Shown: piece after piece, positions 1 through 9,072 of the stretch | How the letters are laid out: each line of letters starts with the position of its first letter | Numbering within the stretch: position 1 is the stretch's first letter | Source: a virus | Taxonomy: Duplodnaviria; Caudoviricetes | Virus record (IMG/VR): IMGVR_UViG_3300033407_000095 | Span: 1 to 29,066 of that record | Strand: one strand, 5' to 3' | DNA: 29,066 nt | Program-made: the position numbers and the translations under genes | The notes under the pieces: generated by a model | Databases searched by the model: none | Told to the model about the DNA's origin: nothing | Seen by the model: only the letters and a program-made list of their open reading frames with translations

Positions 1-144
1 GATCGACACTACGGTGGCGCCGATGCGTGCGAGTAGACCGCCCGCGGCTGTGGCGTCCACATCCAATGTCGTGCCGTCGCTGTCGAGTTGCGTGGCCGGG
101 CCGGATGCGTCGGAGGTGCTTGGGGGGATCGCTTCGTAAGCCAT
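1..144 (-). CDS. Partial CDS running off the window edge, probable virion/tail-associated protein (MAYEAIPPSTSDASGPATQLDSDGTTLDVDATAAGGLLARIGATVVSI...)
   Basis: ATG at 144 overlaps the TGA of the upstream gene (TGATG); frame open for 48 codons to position 1; not in the ORF track. Confidence 0.7.
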   Translation of the reverse strand, partial: MAYEAIPPSTSDASGPATQLDSDGTTLDVDATAAGGLLARIGATVVSI

Positions 145-530
145 CAGGTCCCCGGCTCCCGCTTCTCGTGGGCTCGCAGGATCGGGTCCCACGTCGTCTG
201 CGTGGTCCCGCCGTTGACCCAGTCGAGCTTGAAATCGTCGTAGGTGTCGACGAGATAGTCATAGGGCCCGCTGATGTCGTCACTGGCCGCGGCCGTCACC
301 GCGTTGTCACCCTCGACCTGCCGCCAGTTCGCCCCGCCGTCGGTGCTCATGTACGCCTTGAGCGTGCCGTCGTGGCTGTTCTCCACGCCGAAGCTGATGC
401 GGTGGACGGGCAGGTGCCGCAACCCCTTCGCGCCCCAGGCGGTTACGGAGTTAAAGATCTCCCAGGTGTCCGAGTCGGTCGGCGCTCCCGAGTCGATCAC
501 CTTTAGCGTGCACGTGAATGGCTCACTCAT
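144..530 (-). CDS. Hypothetical protein, 128 aa, beta-rich, probably virion-associated
   Basis: ATGA and TGATG coupling on both sides; natural composition; lies in the late operon. Confidence 0.75.
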   Translation of the reverse strand: MSEPFTCTLKVIDSGAPTDSDTWEIFNSVTAWGAKGLRHLPVHRISFGVENSHDGTLKAYMSTDGGANWRQVEGDNAVTAAASDDISGPYDYLVDTYDDFKLDWVNGGTTQTTWDPILRAHEKREPGT

Positions 531-2269
531 TTGTTCTGTTCCTGCTGTTGTCGGCGAAAGAGGATGGCGTCGAGGGGGTTGCTGAGCATGGGGACCGTGC
601 GGGTCGCGGCGGGTAGGGCCGTGCGCTGGGCGTGGCCACCGAGGCTGCGGAGAAGGTGCCCGATGGGCAGCGACGTGCCGGCGATGGGGACGCTTTGGCT
701 GAGCGAGCCACGTACGGGGTTATCGAGCGTGTTGCGCAACTTGGTGGCCTCCAGGGCCTTGCGCATCTCGACCCGATCGAGCTCGGCGGAGAACTCGGGG
801 TCCATGGCCTTGAGCTCGTCCAGGTACTTCACGCGCTTCATGGCCGGGATACTCCTGTCCCCGATGAGGGCTACCCGGTCCGCCGCCGTGATCTCATCGG
901 CCACGCGCCCTACGACTTCTTCCGCATCGCCGATGTCGGCGACGTTCGCAGGGCGCATCCCCGCCTGGTTGCCGGTCATGATGTCGTTAAATCGTCGCTC
1001 CTGACGGAGAGCGTCCGTCGAGGCGTCGTCGGCTTCCTTAAGACCGGGGATAGCCTCCTGGACCTTGCCGCGGATCTGCCCGTAGACCTTCCGCGCTCCG
1101 CGGGCCGCTGGCGTGACTTCGCGGGCGTCGAAGTCCGCCGCCTCTCGCACGGATCCGCGGGCCTCCAGTAGATCACGGGCCGTCGCTCGCTTGGGTGAGG
1201 CTCCCATCATCTCGGCCAGAGCGACGTCGTCAGCGCTGGGGGTGAGTCGCTTTCGAATGTCTGATACGACACCCGCGGCCTCATCGCTCACGGGCATGCC
1301 GCTGACGTCGTAGCGGGTGACGCCCTCATCCAGCGACGCCAGCAGGGAATCAACGTCCACCGGGCGGTTCAGGCCGAGGCCCGCCAGTCGTTGCTTCCGC
1401 TCGGCCAGGGATGCCGCGGACTTCTCCCCTTGCCGCGCGAACATGCGCTTACTGCCCGCCTGTGCCTCGTCGATGACGCCCTGGGTACCGCGCTGGCCGG
1501 CCCTCATGGCGTCGTCGATGCCTCCCGACGGCGCTGGATTCCTCTGTGGCATATGTAGATCCAGCCTTGCGGCGCTATTGGACGTCGCTTGCTGCCGCGC
1601 CTTATCTATCTCTTCTCCTCTGGAGCGCAGGCCGATCCACTTGTTGATTTCCAGCGCGCCGGCGAGTCCGCCAAAGCCGAGGCCGACGAGGCCGCTTGCG
1701 AGAGCGCGCCCGCCCATATTCTCCGTGTCGCCTGCCGCCAGGTTGGTAACGGCGTCCTGGGTAGCGCCCTCGACACCGCCGGTGGCCATACCGGTCGCGA
1801 TCTTCCCGGCGGCAGACGTGGCCTTGGGTAGGGCCCCGCGCATCAGAGCCCCCGCGCCTATGCCGCCAATGCCCCCCAAGGCGATGCCCAGGGCCTTGGT
1901 GGTCTGCGCCGGCCCGGGGGAAGAGCGTTCGCGTCGTCCGGTGAACGGATTGCTATAGTGCTGGTTTCCGTGGAACGGAGCGAACTCGTTCGGGTCTCCG
2001 GCGCCAAAATATAGCCCGGGCGACTCACCCGTATCGGTGTCGGGAATCTGCGGGGGTAGTTCTGGGGATGCGTCAAAGTCGCCCATCGCCCCCGCGCGCT
2101 GGGGGTCGAACTTCGGCAGCGCCGCCAGCCGGGCGCGCGCCTTCTCCCGGATCTCCGGGTCCGGGTGCTCCTGAATGACGCGCACGAGGTTGTTCCGCCG
2201 CTGGTTCAGGCGGTCCATGGCCGCCCCGCGGGCGCGCGTCTTCTGTTGGGTGACGTCGTCGTTGGCCAT
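527..2269 (-). CDS. Probable DNA ejection/internal virion protein, 580 aa
   Basis: Start moved to ATG 2269 (MANDDVTQQK), TAATG-coupled to the upstream gene; Ala/Gly-rich helical protein with glycine-zipper hydrophobic segments (ALGIALGGIGGIGAGAL, GLVGLGFGGLAGAL); position after the gp10-like gene. Confidence 0.65.
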   Translation of the reverse strand: MANDDVTQQKTRARGAAMDRLNQRRNNLVRVIQEHPDPEIREKARARLAALPKFDPQRAGAMGDFDASPELPPQIPDTDTGESPGLYFGAGDPNEFAPFHGNQHYSNPFTGRRERSSPGPAQTTKALGIALGGIGGIGAGALMRGALPKATSAAGKIATGMATGGVEGATQDAVTNLAAGDTENMGGRALASGLVGLGFGGLAGALEINKWIGLRSRGEEIDKARQQATSNSAARLDLHMPQRNPAPSGGIDDAMRAGQRGTQGVIDEAQAGSKRMFARQGEKSAASLAERKQRLAGLGLNRPVDVDSLLASLDEGVTRYDVSGMPVSDEAAGVVSDIRKRLTPSADDVALAEMMGASPKRATARDLLEARGSVREAADFDAREVTPAARGARKVYGQIRGKVQEAIPGLKEADDASTDALRQERRFNDIMTGNQAGMRPANVADIGDAEEVVGRVADEITAADRVALIGDRSIPAMKRVKYLDELKAMDPEFSAELDRVEMRKALEATKLRNTLDNPVRGSLSQSVPIAGTSLPIGHLLRSLGGHAQRTALPAATRTVPMLSNPLDAILFRRQQQEQNK

Positions 2270-3603
2270 TATTTGAGGCCCTCCAACCACGATTCCTCTT
2301 CCTGGATCTGCTCGGACTCGGCCCCGGCATCGCCGCCCTTCGCCCGGCCGGCCTGCCATTTCTCCAGGTAGCCGGGGGCGTAGGTGCTCAGGTAGGTTTC
2401 GATCCGCTCCTCGCCGCCCTCGACGCCGCTCAAGCGATCGGCGATGGCCTTCCCGATGTCGTCGACGTTCGTCCGGGCTTTGCTTTCCAGCACCTTGACA
2501 GCCTGCAGGACGTCCCGTTTCTTCTCGGCGCCCAGGCGGCCAGACACGGCGTCGTGGAATGCCTGCTCACCGCGGGCCCCCAGACCTCCGATGCGATTCC
2601 AGAACACGCGCATGTCGTTGTCGCTGATGACACCGACGCCGCCTTGGGCCATCTTCACGAACTGCCCGCTGCCGAGCGAGGCCAGAGCGGCGCTGTCGGA
2701 CGCGCCCGCGATCGTGTTCGCCATGTCCTCGAACTTGATCTCCTGGGTGCGGATCTCCTTGTATCCCCGGTTCTGCAGAACCTTCTGGACGACGTTGTCG
2801 AACTTGGTCTCGATGTCAAGGTCGGCCTTCTGGGCCTTCCGCGGGTCCACCGGCTTCTTGGCGCCCGCGCGCTGGGCACGCAGTCGCGCTCGCTCCATGG
2901 CCGCCGTGTCGTCGAAGAGACCCGAGGCCGCGCCAACGGCGTCCTTGGCGTTCAGGCCGGCGCCCACCAGGGGCGCGACCAGGCCGAGCTGGCGGGCCAC
3001 CATCGGGTCGTTCGGCGACAGGCCGCCTAACGCCTGGCGGACGCGCTCGGCGCGCTCGGCGGGTAGCATCTGCTCGAGCGGCAGCCGGGCCTCGGCGCCG
3101 CCCGAGAACTGCAGGTAGGTTCCCGCGTCCTCGGCCGTCTGGGGGATGCTGCTCGTGATCTCGCCGCCCGCCTCCTCCTCGACGCTCGGGCGCGCCGGTC
3201 GCCCCTGGCTCTGCCGAACGCCCACGCCAGCCGAGCGCAGATAGGGCACGACGGCCGCCTGTCCCTCTTCGGTGCCGAGCATGCCGGAAACGTCTTTCAT
3301 CACGCCGGCTTGTGCCTGTTGCTGCCTGAGCGCCAGGTCGGCACGTCCGCGCTCGTCGGTCATCCGGTCGCGCTCGGCCTGTTGCTGAGCCCGCTGGGCC
3401 TCCAGGGCGATGCGCTGGGCCTGTTCCTGCCTGATGCCGTCCGCGCGCTGCTGGGCGGCCTGCTGCTCGGCCTCCCACTGCTTCTTGGCCTCGCGCCGGG
3501 CCATCATGGCGTCGAGCACGTTGCCCAGGCGGCTCGCGCCACGGGCAAAGCCGCTCGGTTCGGGCGGCCGGGTCAGGAGGTTGGGGTTAAGCTGGAATGC
3601 CAT
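2269..3603 (-). CDS. Probable DNA ejection/internal virion protein, 444 aa
   Basis: Gln/Ala/Arg-rich coiled-coil N-terminus; no Cys; synteny with podovirus ejection genes. Confidence 0.65.
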   Translation of the reverse strand: MAFQLNPNLLTRPPEPSGFARGASRLGNVLDAMMARREAKKQWEAEQQAAQQRADGIRQEQAQRIALEAQRAQQQAERDRMTDERGRADLALRQQQAQAGVMKDVSGMLGTEEGQAAVVPYLRSAGVGVRQSQGRPARPSVEEEAGGEITSSIPQTAEDAGTYLQFSGGAEARLPLEQMLPAERAERVRQALGGLSPNDPMVARQLGLVAPLVGAGLNAKDAVGAASGLFDDTAAMERARLRAQRAGAKKPVDPRKAQKADLDIETKFDNVVQKVLQNRGYKEIRTQEIKFEDMANTIAGASDSAALASLGSGQFVKMAQGGVGVISDNDMRVFWNRIGGLGARGEQAFHDAVSGRLGAEKKRDVLQAVKVLESKARTNVDDIGKAIADRLSGVEGGEERIETYLSTYAPGYLEKWQAGRAKGGDAGAESEQIQEEESWLEGLK

Positions 3604-3606
3604 GGG

Positions 3607-5454
3607 TCACCGGTTCTGGTAGGCCTCCGCCCCCTGGAGCCCGAGCCCCGCGGTGGCGAACCAGTTTTCGGCCTCCTGCTGGGCCTGCTCGTAGCTCATG
3701 CCCGACTGGGTCATCAGCAGGTTGATCAGGTTGGACTTCATGGTCGCCTGCTCGTCCGCCGACGCCCCGGCCATGTCGCCGTAGACGCCGCTCTGGGCGC
3801 GGCCCATCTCGAGGGCGTCACGCAGGGGCAGGCGCTCCCGGTCCTGGAAGATGTTCTGCACGTCCTGGGCGGCGTTCCATCCGCCCGTGAGGCGCTGGTA
3901 GTCGGCAGCGTCGGCCACGCCCGCCAGGTTGCCGGCGGCGGTGATCCCCGACAGCTCGGTGGCGAACCCCTGGCGGCCGGCCTCATCGGTGTCGTAGCCG
4001 GCGCGGAACAGGTCCTGCAGGCGCGCCCGCTGTTCGGTGTCGGCGTCGAGGCCCAGTTGGCCGCTGGACAGCAGCCGGTTGTACTCGGCGGTGGACATGG
4101 CCTGTCCGAGCTCGCCCATGCCACGTCCCTGGTCGAAGCGGCTGGCGTCGCCCGAGCGGGCCACGTCGGCGCCTCCCATCATGCGTGCCAGGCTGGAGGC
4201 GTCGGCTCCCTGGGCGATGCTCGCACCCGCCATCGCGCGGTCGACCTCCGAGGCGTCGGCGGCGAGTCCAAGCTGCCCGGCGTCGAGGGCCACACCCTGA
4301 CCGGCGAGTAGCGCTTGGATCTTGGCGATCCCCTCGTCGCTGGCGAGGCCATAGGCGCTCTGCATGGCGCCGATGTTGCCGAGACCGATTTGGTCCGCCG
4401 ACGACGCCAAGTCGCCGGCCATGCCCGCACGGCCAAGCTTGGCCTGGTCCGCCTGACCGGCGAGCCCCGCCATGTCGCGCGCCTGCTGCGATCCGAGCTC
4501 GGCTTCGAGCTCCGACAGACCCTCGACGGTTTCGCCAGAACCGAACAGGCCGTAGGCGGAAAGCTGGTTTTCCATGCTCTCCCGGCGTTTCTGCAACTCG
4601 CGGTCATAGAAGGTACTGAGTCCCTCGTTGCCGCTCTCGTAGAGCTGCTCGCTGTAGCTCGGCGCCGCCAACTCGGGACGAAAGAACGCCTCGGCGCCAC
4701 TGGCCCGCTGGTTGTCCTGGGTGGCTTGCCCGGTGTAGGCCAGCCCCTGGTCGCCGTAGGTCTGCGCCGCGAGCTGCGGCTTGATATTGCCGAAGTCGGT
4801 GCCCGACAGCGTGGCCAGGGCGTTCTGGCGGCCGGCGCCGATCCCCTGCATCTGGCTGACGGCGGGGGTGGCGAACTGCTGGCTCATCGTCGGCTGCTGG
4901 AAGTAGCCGGCCGCCTGGTTCGCGTAGTCGTGGGCGAGATTCGGGCCGCTGAAAAACTGCGTGGCGCCCTGCATGATTCCCTCGCCCTGGGTCGGCGACA
5001 GGAGCCGTTGGGCAGTTCCGTAGGCGTTCGTCTGTCCCTGCCCGGGCTGCCCGTAGGCGGTGGACATTTGGTTGTAGGCGCCCTGGGTGGTGGTCGGCTG
5101 GAAGCGTTGACCGGTGAGGCGGCCGGCCACGCCTTCGTAGTAGCTTCCGATCCTGGTCGGTTGATCGAAGCGCCCGGCGTTTTTCTGGTACCACTGCTCG
5201 GCCGTTCCTGGCTGGCTAAGAATGCCGCCAGCACTCGAGGCGTAACTCGGCTGGGGCGGCTGGTAGGTGGACGCCTGGGGCGCCGCCCGCTGGACCGGCG
5301 CCTGCCACGTGCTGGTCGACGGCTGTCCCCATCCGCTGGCGCTCACTCCGCCGCCCAGGGCGGACGTGCGGGACTGACCCTGCTGCATGGGCTTAGCGAA
5401 CTGCCCGAGTCTACGGGGGTCGACGTTCGCCCATGATGTGAACTGAGTCGCCAT
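3607..5454 (-). CDS. Probable DNA ejection protein with 17- and 18-residue internal repeats, 615 aa
   Basis: Start moved to ATG 5454 (MATQFTSW), TAATG-coupled; Gln/Gly/Ala-rich; contains the motif LSAYGLFGSGETVEGL resembling podovirus DNA transfer proteins. Confidence 0.7.
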   Translation of the reverse strand: MATQFTSWANVDPRRLGQFAKPMQQGQSRTSALGGGVSASGWGQPSTSTWQAPVQRAAPQASTYQPPQPSYASSAGGILSQPGTAEQWYQKNAGRFDQPTRIGSYYEGVAGRLTGQRFQPTTTQGAYNQMSTAYGQPGQGQTNAYGTAQRLLSPTQGEGIMQGATQFFSGPNLAHDYANQAAGYFQQPTMSQQFATPAVSQMQGIGAGRQNALATLSGTDFGNIKPQLAAQTYGDQGLAYTGQATQDNQRASGAEAFFRPELAAPSYSEQLYESGNEGLSTFYDRELQKRRESMENQLSAYGLFGSGETVEGLSELEAELGSQQARDMAGLAGQADQAKLGRAGMAGDLASSADQIGLGNIGAMQSAYGLASDEGIAKIQALLAGQGVALDAGQLGLAADASEVDRAMAGASIAQGADASSLARMMGGADVARSGDASRFDQGRGMGELGQAMSTAEYNRLLSSGQLGLDADTEQRARLQDLFRAGYDTDEAGRQGFATELSGITAAGNLAGVADAADYQRLTGGWNAAQDVQNIFQDRERLPLRDALEMGRAQSGVYGDMAGASADEQATMKSNLINLLMTQSGMSYEQAQQEAENWFATAGLGLQGAEAYQNR

Positions 5455-6011
5455 TACCTCGTGTACCCCCTCCGCATCGGGGTGGACGGCGGCTGAACCA
5501 CGCGGCCACTGGCAACAACCGGCCTCCTGGGAGGAGGCATCCCCTGCACTGGGGCGTTGGTGATTTTCTCGGCGCCTGGGCCGAACGCCCGGCCGGGCAC
5601 GGGGGCGCCGTCGCCCCCTGGGTTGCCGAGCAAGTCGATGACCTGCTGGTGCGAAGGCGGCACCTGTGCCGGCCCCCCTCCCGTGCGGCGGCCGATCTGG
5701 GAATGCGCGCCCATCGGATCGGGCATCTTCATGCCGTAGAGGCGCTCCATTTGCGCCGCTGCCGGCTGGAAGAAACCAAGCGCGCGCTTGAGATCCTCTT
5801 CCCGCTGTGCGCGCTGTTGCCGTGCAAACTGCTCCGTCTGGCGCATGGCCTCCTGGGCTCCGCGCTGGCGCTCCTGGCTGCCGTCGTCGCCGGAGAACAG
5901 ACCGTAGAGCAGCCCGAGTCCCCCACCGACGCCAGCGCCCCAGGGACCAAATGGCGCACCAACCGCGGCACCGGTCGTCCCGTATTGCAAGCCTCGCTGC
6001 AGATTGGCCAT
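5454..6011 (-). CDS. Probable small ejection/pilot protein (P22 gp7-like position), 185 aa
   Basis: N-terminal glycine zipper GTTGAAVGAPFGPWGAGVGGGLGLLYGLF followed by a Gln/Arg-rich helix; directly after the gp10-like gene; coupled on both sides. Confidence 0.65.
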   Translation of the reverse strand: MANLQRGLQYGTTGAAVGAPFGPWGAGVGGGLGLLYGLFSGDDGSQERQRGAQEAMRQTEQFARQQRAQREEDLKRALGFFQPAAAQMERLYGMKMPDPMGAHSQIGRRTGGGPAQVPPSHQQVIDLLGNPGGDGAPVPGRAFGPGAEKITNAPVQGMPPPRRPVVASGRVVQPPSTPMRRGYTR

Positions 6012-7426
6012 CAGGCGTCGTCCTCCACGTCAAAGGTCTCTTGCACGCGCGCGAGCACGAAGTCGGCCGCGTCGCTCATCTCGATTCGCCACTGGCGGCT
6101 GCGGTACACACCGAGGGTGTGCAATTCCACGTGGAACACGTGGTCGCCGCTCACGCCGAGTCCGATGCGCCTCGGGTTTTGGAAGCCGCCGAGGTCGTCC
6201 CTCCACGACACCAGTAGCTGCGGGTCGCTGTCGCCGCCCACGCCACGCCGAAGCGTCAGCCGCAGCACGCGGCACGTCTTTCGCGCGTCCGTGCCGTGGT
6301 TCACGAAGCCGGTGGTAACCTCGGCCTTGATACGTGCGCCGAGGTCGGTGTTGGCCTCGGGGTCGACTTTCGCGATCTGCCCGGTGGCGAGCCCCACGAG
6401 ATCCAGGCGCTCACTCGGCCAGTGGTAGACGGCGGTTGCCGGCCACGGGGTGTGGCCCTGCCCGTCGGTCCAGCCGCTCCACTGCGCCCAGCCGCCGCCC
6501 TTCTGGTAGACGAACGTCCTCCCGTCGCTGGGGAACGCCCAGCCTAGAAGGTCGAACTGGTCGACGTCCATGCGGAAACCCCAACAGTCGCTGACGTCGC
6601 CGATGCCACCTAGCGTTTTGCCTATCGGGTCGCTGACCACGTCGGCTCCACGGCCGGCGCTCACCACGATGCGGTCGCGGTCTGCGAGCCACGCGAACTC
6701 CTCGTCGGCCAGTACCACGCTCGCGGCCGCCAGACACCCGAAGTTGATAGCCCGTCCCGGAGCCAGCACCGTCTGCGGATCGGGCGTAAATACCTGCAGC
6801 GTGGTCTCGCCGAAGGCGAAGGCCTCGTTGCTGTTCTCTCGCAGGGCAACGACGTCATCAGGTCGCGCCTCGGCGTTGACGAATTTGGTAGCCGTCCACG
6901 TCTCGTTGCCGGCGTCACCCACCCCTGAGTTGCGAATCCGGCCAATCGTCGTCGTGCTCGTGTTGTCGTCGAGAAAAAGCCGCTGGCTCAGGGCGATGAC
7001 CTGCGTGGCATCCGGTGGCGAGCCACCGAGTCGCGCACTGGTCGTGGCCGCGCGGTCGACCTTCTGCGGGGCGCCGCCCCCGGCGATCACCAGGCGAAAC
7101 GCCGTCTCCGCGAACGCCGGACGCGTGGTCCCGTCGAGGAACGTCGTGCTTGCCCCGGGAGACAGATTCGTGACGACGCCGCCGCTCACTCGGTAGATCC
7201 GCCGCGTGGACGTGACGTAGTACAGATCGCCAGCGAACGCGTGCATGCCGTCGATCTGAGAGGCCTCGAAAGTGGCAGGGAACCCCGACCACGCGCTGAT
7301 GCCCGGACGGCGGCGGATTGCTCCCTGGCCGTCGATCACTACGTTGAAGGCCAACGGCGAGGCTCCGGCCAGCTCGTGGTCGCCCGAGCGCTGGTCGTTG
7401 CCGAAAAAGAGCTGCTCCGTGGGCAT
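6011..7426 (-). CDS. Packaged-DNA stabilisation / tail hub-nozzle protein, P22 gp10-like, 471 aa
   Basis: Size; N-terminal RRPG motif; beta-propeller-like repeats; C-terminal DPQLLVSWRDDLGG...LGVYRSRQWRIEMSD signature resembling the gp10 family. Confidence 0.85.
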   Translation of the reverse strand: MPTEQLFFGNDQRSGDHELAGASPLAFNVVIDGQGAIRRRPGISAWSGFPATFEASQIDGMHAFAGDLYYVTSTRRIYRVSGGVVTNLSPGASTTFLDGTTRPAFAETAFRLVIAGGGAPQKVDRAATTSARLGGSPPDATQVIALSQRLFLDDNTSTTTIGRIRNSGVGDAGNETWTATKFVNAEARPDDVVALRENSNEAFAFGETTLQVFTPDPQTVLAPGRAINFGCLAAASVVLADEEFAWLADRDRIVVSAGRGADVVSDPIGKTLGGIGDVSDCWGFRMDVDQFDLLGWAFPSDGRTFVYQKGGGWAQWSGWTDGQGHTPWPATAVYHWPSERLDLVGLATGQIAKVDPEANTDLGARIKAEVTTGFVNHGTDARKTCRVLRLTLRRGVGGDSDPQLLVSWRDDLGGFQNPRRIGLGVSGDHVFHVELHTLGVYRSRQWRIEMSDAADFVLARVQETFDVEDDA

Positions 7427-9072
7427 CAGAACACCCTTACTGCGTCGCCGAAATGCCTAAAGACACCACTCGTGTCAGCGACACTTACGTACACAGCCGT
7501 CTGGCCGTTGCCGATGGACGTGGCGGCGTCCACACAGTTTCCCGTAGGAGTAATAGCGCCGCCGGTGTTGTTCGCATAGATGATCGTGAGAAACGATCCG
7601 GGGGCGCCGTTTGTTGCCGTTAGCGCTAAGCTTGCGCCCGAGCTGTGGGTGAGGTTGTGAACGCCGTACTCCCTCGATAGCGTTTCGCTCGTGCCGTTTA
7701 TTGTTGTGTTAAGACGACGGCGGTCGCGCGTGACACTAAAGGCGCCGTCTCCGGCGAACGCGCCCGCTCCCATGTTCACCGTGCCGGCAACGCTGTCTAT
7801 ACGGCACCCAGAATCGTACAGCTTGGTACTCGACAGGCTCAATGTGCCGCCAAGGCTGACTCGGATCATCGTGTTACTAATGTTCAGGTCTCCAGCGGCG
7901 AAGACGTTTGTTCCCGACGTGTTCAGTGACGAGATCATCCCTCCGTTCAGGATGGCGCTCTCAAACGCCACCGCCGCGAACATCGTCGCCCCTCCTGAGG
8001 TGGAGTTGAAGGCAAAAGAGCACGCGTTGAAGAATGCTCGCGTTTGCCCAAAGGCCGTGGTCGACGGTACGGCCATAAGGTCAAATGAACACCCATTAAA
8101 ACTAAGGACCGAATGAGACGAATTCAGTAACTCCGTGCACGTCTCAATAAATTGGCCGCTTACGTGAGACAATTCGAATCGACACCCGTTAAACGTTGCG
8201 ATCACGCGCGCTGCGAGGGCAGAGGTGCCGGGTTCTACGTCGATCTGCCCGCCCGCGAAGCTGCCGAACTTGCATCCGATGAAGATGCATCCGTCGCCCT
8301 GCACTTCGACCATAGTTCCGGTATAGGCGGCTCCCGCCGACTGGAAGTTCAGGCCGATAACTTGGGTTCCGTCGCCTGCCATCTCGAGCCAAGCATCAAC
8401 GGCGTCGGTCTGCTGCTCGATTATGGTCTCGTCAGCCCCCGCGCCCAGCAGGGTGATAGCCGAAGAGCCTGCAACGCTCAGTCCCGACGTGATGTTGTAG
8501 GTGCCGGGCGGAAAGTACACGAGGCCGCCGCCCGCATCCACAGCGGCGTTGATGGCCGCCTGAATGGCCCCTGTGTCGTCGGTTGAACCATCTCCCGTCG
8601 CCCCATACGTATTCTTGACGTGATAGAAAACAGCCCCGCTAGCGCCGAGGGCGGCAGCCAGCGTCTGCGGCGTGCCGCTCACGTTCACCAGCGCATCGGT
8701 GGCGAGCAGGCTCTCGTACAGCTTGGTGAGCACCGTTTGCATGACGATGCGCCCGGCGGCCACCGTTTGACCGCTGTCGTTGGGGCCGGTGAAGCCTAGA
8801 CTCTCCACGCGGATAACCCGCGCGTCGTCCATGTGTGTGAATTCGCGAACGGTGGCGCCGTCCTCGTTCATGACCACCACGTCCACCGGCTCAGTGACGT
8901 AACGAATGATCTCGCCGTCGCTGCCAAGCGTGTGCTCGGTGACCGCCGATTCGCCGTCGGCTTCGCTGTACACCTGCGTGCTGAGCACGGCCGTGCCGTG
9001 GGTGTAGAACTCCACCGAGCCACCCGCGGCGCTGGCTACTCCACTGGCAAGCACGCCCACGAGGCTAGCCAT
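7426..9072 (-). CDS. Tailspike / receptor-binding protein with pectate-lyase-like right-handed beta-helix, 548 aa
   Basis: Classic beta-helix cap YGATGDGSTDDTGAIQAAINAAVDAGGGLVYFPPGTY; repeated FNGCxF/IGCKF rungs; N-terminal particle-attachment-like domain. Confidence 0.85.
   Translation of the reverse strand: MASLVGVLASGVASAAGGSVEFYTHGTAVLSTQVYSEADGESAVTEHTLGSDGEIIRYVTEPVDVVVMNEDGATVREFTHMDDARVIRVESLGFTGPNDSGQTVAAGRIVMQTVLTKLYESLLATDALVNVSGTPQTLAAALGASGAVFYHVKNTYGATGDGSTDDTGAIQAAINAAVDAGGGLVYFPPGTYNITSGLSVAGSSAITLLGAGADETIIEQQTDAVDAWLEMAGDGTQVIGLNFQSAGAAYTGTMVEVQGDGCIFIGCKFGSFAGGQIDVEPGTSALAARVIATFNGCRFELSHVSGQFIETCTELLNSSHSVLSFNGCSFDLMAVPSTTAFGQTRAFFNACSFAFNSTSGGATMFAAVAFESAILNGGMISSLNTSGTNVFAAGDLNISNTMIRVSLGGTLSLSSTKLYDSGCRIDSVAGTVNMGAGAFAGDGAFSVTRDRRRLNTTINGTSETLSREYGVHNLTHSSGASLALTATNGAPGSFLTIIYANNTGGAITPTGNCVDAATSIGNGQTAVYVSVADTSGVFRHFGDAVRVF

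Noticed and set aside
5455-6033. N-terminal extensions in the ORF track (808-aa, 610-aa, 625-aa TerL and 270-aa versions)
   Set aside because: They overlap real upstream genes in another frame and are Arg/Pro-rich; internal starts give exact stop-start coupling or a strong RBS
7426-9072. Diversity-generating retroelement target in the tailspike
   Set aside because: No reverse transcriptase and no template/variable repeat pair seen in this window; the C-terminus is not recognisably C-type-lectin-like
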